DNA of 40,797 nt, taken from contig NC_057753.1 of NCBI RefSeq assembly GCF_004010195.1, positions 9,906,211 through 9,947,007 on the forward strand, written 5' to 3'. This DNA comes from Chiloscyllium plagiosum (Eukaryota). Every line of letters begins with the position of its first letter. The stretch's first letter is position 1. The translations under genes and the position numbers were made by a program. The notes beneath the pieces are model-generated. The model had not been told where the DNA came from, ran no database searches, and worked only from the letters and a program-made list of their open reading frames with translations. Positions 34,769-40,797 of this stretch are shown one piece after another.

Positions 34769-35408
34769 ATGGAGAAACCGGAGGAATTCTGCCCCATGGA
34801 GAAACCATGGAAGTGTGGCAACTGTGGGAAAGGCTTTTATGCCCCGTCTGACCTTGAGACTCATTGGCAGTCACACCAGGGAGAGGCCCTCCACTGCCCA
34901 GAGTGCGGGAAGACCTTTACCCAGGCCTCCCACCTGCTGACCCACCGGCACTTCCACACGGGCGAGAGGCCATCCAGCTGCCCCCAGTGCGGGAAGGCCT
35001 TCAGTAATTCCTCCGCCCTGTTGATCCACCGGTGGATCCACACAGGCGAAAGGCCCTTCAGCTGCCCTGAGTGTGGCCACAGTCGCCACACTTCCATGGG
35101 TTCTCCATGGGGCAGAATTCCTCCGGTTTCTCCATGACCAAACCTTCAGGGAAGGCCTTCAGTTATTCCACTCCCTGGTGTGACTGCCAATGAGTCTCAA
35201 GGTCAGACGGGACATAAAAGCCTTTCCCACAGTCGCCCCACTTCCATGGTTTCTCCATGGGCCAGAATTCCTCCGGTTTCTCCATGGCCAAACCTGAGTG
35301 AGGGAAGGCCTTCAGTTATTCCTCTGCCCTGCTGAGGTACTGACAGGTTCAGTGCGGGAAGGGCTTTACCCACTCCTTCCACCTGCAGAGCCATTGCAGG
35401 AGGTTTGA
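34769..35408 (+). pseudogene. C2H2 zinc-finger pseudogene D with inverted templated insertions
   Basis: [52 protein letters not shown]; upstream exon 34146-34192; acceptor mutated to TG at 34383-34384; AATAAA 35920-35925. Confidence 0.88.
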
Positions 35409-36189
35409 AGGAGCGACGGCCGAGTGCCATTATCGACTAGACTATCAACCCAGTTCCGGGGACTCCCAGGTTTGAATTTCACCGTGGCAGATGGCGGAAT
35501 TGGAAATCAGTCAGAAATCTAGAGTTCAGAATCTAACGATGAAACCATTTTTTGGGGAGTGGGGGTGGAGAAATCCCTATCTGATTCACTCACTTCCTTT
35601 TTAGGGAAAAGATTCACTCAGTCGTCCCAGCTGCATCCTTTATCCGGTCTGGCCTGCACGTGACTCCAGACCCACAGCCATGAAAATCTTAGTTGGAGAC
35701 AGGGTATAGGTTGAAATTGCTGCGTGAGGCAATACTTCCTATGGGTTCAGGCTGTACCAAGGATCCAATTACAAAGGGACAACTCAGTGCTGACCAATAG
35801 TAAAGAAAGGCAGGGGGATGGGAGTGTGTGGGCTTTGACCTTGAGCTGTTTTTTAGAAAAGCTACTTTTTGTACACTTGTTTGCTGGGAGGATCTGAAGC
35901 TGTAACAAGGTTGGGTCACAATAAAGGTTACCTGAACTTACCCTGGGCTCAGGCTCTCATTGAAGGCTTTGAGCTTCAAGAGGTTTTTGTTTTAAAGCTG
36001 CTCATTTCTTTCAGCCTTCTGCACTAAGTTTCCAATGTTGTGTATCAGATGGAGCAGTGAATGAGGAGCTAGTATCGTTAGAAATTGTAAATTTTTCACG
36101 ACTGTAGGTACGACGTCGTTTCATCAGCATTGTAAAGTTTACTGGCAGTACTGGGAGGTGTGGGCTGTGTTAATGAGAAACTATATGGA

Positions 36190-37840
36190 GGTCTACGTCC
36201 AAGTCATCTATAAAAAAGACAAATAGCAGTGGTCATAAAACAGATCTTTGTGGCACACCACTAGTAACTGGACTCCAGGCTGATTATTCTCCATAAATCA
36301 CCACTCACTGTCCTCTTTCAGCAAGCCAGTTTCTGATCCAAACTGCTAAATCACCCCCAATCCCATGCCTCTTCATTTTCTCCAACAGCCTACCATGTGA
36401 AACCCTATCAAAGGCTTTACTAAGGTCCATGTACACCACGTCAACTGCCATAACCTCATCCACATGCTTGGTCACCTTCTCAAAAACCTCAATTGGGTTT
36501 GTGAGAGATGCCCTGCCCTTGAAACCATGTTGACTATCTGAAATCAACTTGTTACTTGCTAGATGATTATAAATCCGATCTCTTATACTCCTTTCCAAAA
36601 GCTTCCCTACAACAGACGTATGGGTTTGTGAGAGATGCCCTGCCCTTGATGAAACCATGTTGACTATCTGAAATCAACTTGTTACTTGCTAGATGATTAT
36701 AAATCCGATCTCTTATACTCCTTTCCAAAAGCTTCCCTACAACAGACGTAGGGTCACTGGTCTATAATTACCTGGGTCATCTCTACTGCCCTTCTTGAAC
36801 AAGGGCATAACATTTGCACTCCTCCACTCCTCTGGTACTAAACCTGTAGACAATGATGACTCAAAGCCAAAGGCTCTGCCATATCCTCCCTAGCTTCCCA
36901 GAGAATCCTCGGATAAATCCCATTGGGCTCAGGGCACTTGTCTACTTTCACTCCTTCTAGAATTGATAGCACCTCCTCCTTACTAACTTTGATCCTTTCT
37001 AGTCTAATATCTCATATCTCATTCTTCTCCCCTACAATAGTCTCCTTTTCCTGAGTGAAGACCGATGAGAAATATTCATTAACACCTCTTGGATCTCCAC
37101 AGGGCCCACACAAAACTTCCCAATTCTGTCTTTGGCTCTATTCCTACCTTAGTCATCCTTTTATTCCTCATATACCTATAGAAAGCTTTAGGGTTCTCCT
37201 TTATTCTACCTGCTAAAGACTGCTCATGTCCTCTGTTTGTTCTTCTTAACTCTCTCTTTAAATCCTTCCTAGCTAATCTGTAGCTCTCCATGGCCTCATC
37301 TGAACCGTCTCATCTCATTGTCACAAAAGTCTTCTTCTCCTGCTTAACAAAAGATGCAATTTCTGTAGAAAACCATGGTTCCCTTACCTTATCACTTCCT
37401 CCCTATCTGACAGGGACATACCAACCAAGGACACACAATATCTGTTTCTTAAACCAGCTCCACATTTCAATTGTCTCCATCCCCTGCATTTTGCTACCTC
37501 ATTCTATGCATCCTAAGTCTTGCCTCATTAGAATTGCCCTTGCCCCATCAATAATTCTTGCCCTGCGGCATGTTCCTATCCCTTTCCATCGCTAAATGAA
37601 ACCTAACTGAATTATGGTCACTCTCTCCCAAAGTGCTCACCTACCACTAAATCAAACATCTGGTCTGGTTCATTACCAAGTACCAGATCCAGTGTGGCCT
37701 TCCTTCTTGTCAGCCCTTCGACATACTGTGCCAGAAAGCCCTCCTGCACACACTGGACAAAACTGATCCATACGACGTACCAGAGTGAAAGCATTTCCAG
37801 TTAATGTTGGGGAAGTTACAGTCCCCCATAATGATCACCT
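36190..37840 (-). mobile_element. CR1 LINE, inverted segmental copy of 13095-14590
   Basis: QHGFKGRASLTN..VDVVYMDLSKAFDRV; same 5' junction sequence as 13020-13110. Confidence 0.9.
36494..36750. repeat. Near-perfect tandem duplication (~127 and 130 bp)
   Basis: TGGGTTTGTGAGAGATGCCC...ACAACAGACGTA occurs twice, differing by a 3-nt indel. Confidence 0.92.
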
Positions 37841-37954
37841 ATAATGACCCCCCCCCCCATGAATCAAACTGATTCTATTTCCAAAGTAGGAATTCATAAA
37901 ATATTACATGGATTGACTGCCTGCAGATTGTGCACTTTTTGAGCAAAATTCAGG

Positions 37955-38620
37955 GACATAATTCTTTGAAAGTTGCATCACTGGTAGGCAGGGTGGTTAA
38001 GAGGTGTTTCGCATGCTTGCTTTCATTGTTCACACTGTCATGGATCGGCGTTGGGACATCATGTTGAGATTGTCTAGGATGTTGGTGAGGCCACTTTGAG
38101 TACTGAGTACATTTCTGGTTGCCCTGTTGTAGGAAGATTATTATTAAAGGGCATTTGGACAAGATTTACCAGGATGTTACCAGGACTGGTGGGTATGAGT
38201 TAGAAGGAGAGGCTGGAACGTTTTTCACTGGAGCATAGGAGATTTAGGGGTGACCTTACTGAGATTTATAAAATCATGAGGGGAGGAGGGAAGGTGAATA
38301 GCAAAGGGCTCTTCCTTTATGTAGGGGAACTCAAAACAAATGGCAATTTCTTTAAGGCGAGAGCAAAGAGATTTAAAGAGAGCCTGAGGGGCAGTGACTC
38401 AGAGGGTGGTTTGTTTGGGGAATGAACTTGCTGAGGAAGTGGGAGATGCAGGTACAGTTACGATGTTTAAAAGACATTTGGATGGGTTCATGAATAGAAA
38501 GATTGAGGGGGATATGGGCCAAATGCAGGCAAGTGGGACTGGTTTAGTTTGGGAATCCTGGTCGACATGGACCAGTTGGACTGAAGGGTCTGTTTCTGTG
38601 CTGTATGCCTCTATGACTCT
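37955..38620 (+). mobile_element. CR1 3' fragment
   Basis: TQRVVCLGNELAEEV..FKRHLD and tail. Confidence 0.82.
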
Positions 38621-38719
38621 AAGAACCAGAAGTCATCTTATTGAAACCAGTAAGATTTTGAAAGGGGCTTAACGGGGTACACACAGATAAAATGCTCCGT
38701 TGTGGGGGTAAGTTATAGA

Positions 38720-39120
38720 CAATGTGGACGCAGTCCATTGAGTCCACCCCACCCATACCCACCCCCTACCCTGTATTTCCCATGGCGAATCCACCTTAAC
38801 CTGCAGGTCCCTGAACACTATGGATAATTTAGCAAGTCCAGTCCATCCTATCCTGGACAAAGTTAAAAACCACACAACACCAGGTTATCGTCCGACAGGT
38901 TTATTTGGATGCATTCATGTTCAGAGCACTGCTCCTTCAGCAGTGGTTGTGGCGAATAAGATCACGATCACAAAATGTATAGGCAAATGAGTCCAGTGTC
39001 ATGGAGTTGTCATACACGAAACAATTTTAGATTAAATCTTTTAGAATCGGTTTCTGTTCCTTGGAATGTTAATCCCAGAACTCCTGTTAAATATCAAATC
39101 TCAAGAATGTAATTTAAAGG
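38720..39120 (-). mobile_element. SINE tail plus Penelope-derived pLTR fragment
   Basis: Same SINE-to-AAAA.CACACAACACCAGGTT arrangement as 16860-17060. Confidence 0.65.
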
Positions 39121-39229
39121 CAGAGCTTTTCTTCATTGTATGAAAAGGTTGCCCCTTGGTATATCTTTCCCCTCTCTCCTGAAACGTCTGCCGTCTGATT
39201 CTGGATTCGCCCCACCCGTCCACCTTAAA

Positions 39230-39450
39230 CAAAAATTGATTTCGCCCTCTCCTCCCTCTCCCCCTCCCAGGATGAAGAGCTGCCCAGAGGGAGGGAGTTC
39301 CACTCAAACCTGACAGGGACACTTTCGCCTTGTGACATCATCAATGGAGTGAGGCCCAAAAACATGCTGCCGCACTGCACTTACTCCGGACGGCCGCTTG
39401 CATGCACTGCGCCAGTGCTGCCCTGTACAGTTTCCAAAAATCCTTTCCCT
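39230..39450 (-). promoter_or_regulatory. ZNF-cassette promoter, copy 4
   Basis: Reverse complement of 12300-12545; CRE altered to TGACATCA at 39333-39340. Confidence 0.5.
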
Positions 39451-39539
39451 TCAGCGAGGCCATTCGGCCTAACGAGTCCACGTCCACGCCCACTCTCCAA
39501 AGGGTAACCCACCCACACCTACTCCCCCACCCCTAGTGC

Positions 39540-39865
39540 TCTACAAATCCCTTCCCACACTCTGTGCAGCTGAAGGGCCTCTCCCCTGTGTGGACCCGCT
39601 GATTCTTCAGCAGGGTGGAGGAATAGCTGAAGGTCTTCCTGCACTCTGGGCAGCTGAAGGGCCTCTCCCCCATGTGACCCACTGGTGGGTCAGTAGGTTG
39701 CAGGCCCGGGTAAAGCTCTTCCCGCACTCGGTGCAAGGGAACGGCCTCTCCCCGGTGTGACTGTGCCGATCAGTATCCAGGACACAAGGGAAACGGAAGC
39801 TTTTCCCCGCAGTCGCCACACTTCCACGGTTTCTCCACGGGACGGGAGTCCTTGGGTTTCTCCAT
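39540..39865 (-). pseudogene. C2H2 zinc-finger pseudogene E, 3'-truncated
   Basis: [52 protein letters not shown] with frameshifts; acceptor at 40272-40273; fused to a SINE tail. Confidence 0.88.
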
Positions 39866-40439
39866 GGCCGAAGCTTCAGTTACACACAAACACTAGTAGA
39901 GCCCCTCCCTGCTGTGAATTCCTCTTCCCAGGCCGTATACCTGTTTAAGGCTCCACACTCAGTGCACTGCAACGGTAGAGTCTCTCATCCAGTCCCACTG
40001 ATGCTGAAAACGTACTCAAACAGGAACCAAAAAGCTTTGCTCCTTGGCACAGAACCATAGTCAAAAATTGTTGTGGTCCTGATGGATCGAGTGACTGTCA
40101 GACTTTGACGTCAACGTGAGGACTGCAGACACTGGAGAGTTAGAGACAAAGTGTGGCGTTGGAAAAGCACAGCAGGTTAGGCTGCATCCGAGGAGCAGGA
40201 GAGTCAATGTTTCAGGCCTAAGCCTTCCATCTGTTGACTTCGATACTTTCGTCTTCACAACTTCAAATATTCTGTGAAAAGAGATTACAAAGGTCATCAG
40301 TGTCAGTCCCTGATAGAAAAGAAAAGATAAAGTAAAAACAGAAAAGACATCTATCCCATCCCCTTCCCAATCTTTTATCCTTCTGTCCCTTCTTACTGGG
40401 TAATTACACACCTGAGTTTGCAAGTGAAAATCAGACCCC

Positions 40440-40797
40440 TGGTGGGGTCACTTGGTTCTGCGATCAATCAATGAACCCTCACCATCGGTGTGACTGTTTT
40501 AGACTTCACTCTTTATTTCTTCATATGGCCGGGTACAGAGTGTCCGGAAACACAGAAGTTATGCATTTCCGTATTCCTCAGAGGAACTGCACACATGGCT
40601 TAATACAGAGGCCCTAGTACACTTTTCTTAAAGGAAAACAAGGGCTGTGATCGCATTGTATATTCAGACAATTACCAATCAATACACGATATCACTTCAT
40701 TGACAGATAGTTGATCCACTGATATTAACTGGTAAATAACTGAGGTCATAACGGTGAGGTCACTTTTATCTTGTGATTCAGTGCCACTGCACCTGCA
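40440..40797 (-). mobile_element. LTR-like element, inverted paralog of 11160-11517
   Basis: Direct reverse-complement match running to the window end. Confidence 0.55.

Overview
Eukaryotic vertebrate DNA, most likely a shark or other cartilaginous fish (inferred from HE1/V-SINE-like SINEs, HER1/CR1 LINE tails, Deu-SINE-like pieces and shark-type Penelope repeats). It is a repeat-dense draft scaffold with five N gaps and no intact protein-coding gene. The window is a decaying cluster of KRAB-less C2H2 zinc-finger genes: five disrupted finger arrays on both strands, plus orphan promoters and orphan non-coding exons. These were amplified as a cassette (SINE tail, CpG/CRE promoter, small non-coding exon, single coding exon, 3'UTR). 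A large inverted segmental duplication links ~11.2-21.7 kb to ~34.0-40.8 kb. Also present: the 3' half of a class I (gamma/epsilon-like) endogenous retrovirus (IN, env, PPT, LTR); a solo LTR with a 4-bp TSD; a Tx1-clade LINE with a foldback; many CR1 and SINE copies; Penelope-derived repeats carrying minimal hammerhead ribozyme motifs; and an isolated, disabled QSOX2-like first exon with its promoter. Repeat boundaries are estimated by eye, and family names come from recalled consensus sequences rather than database searches.
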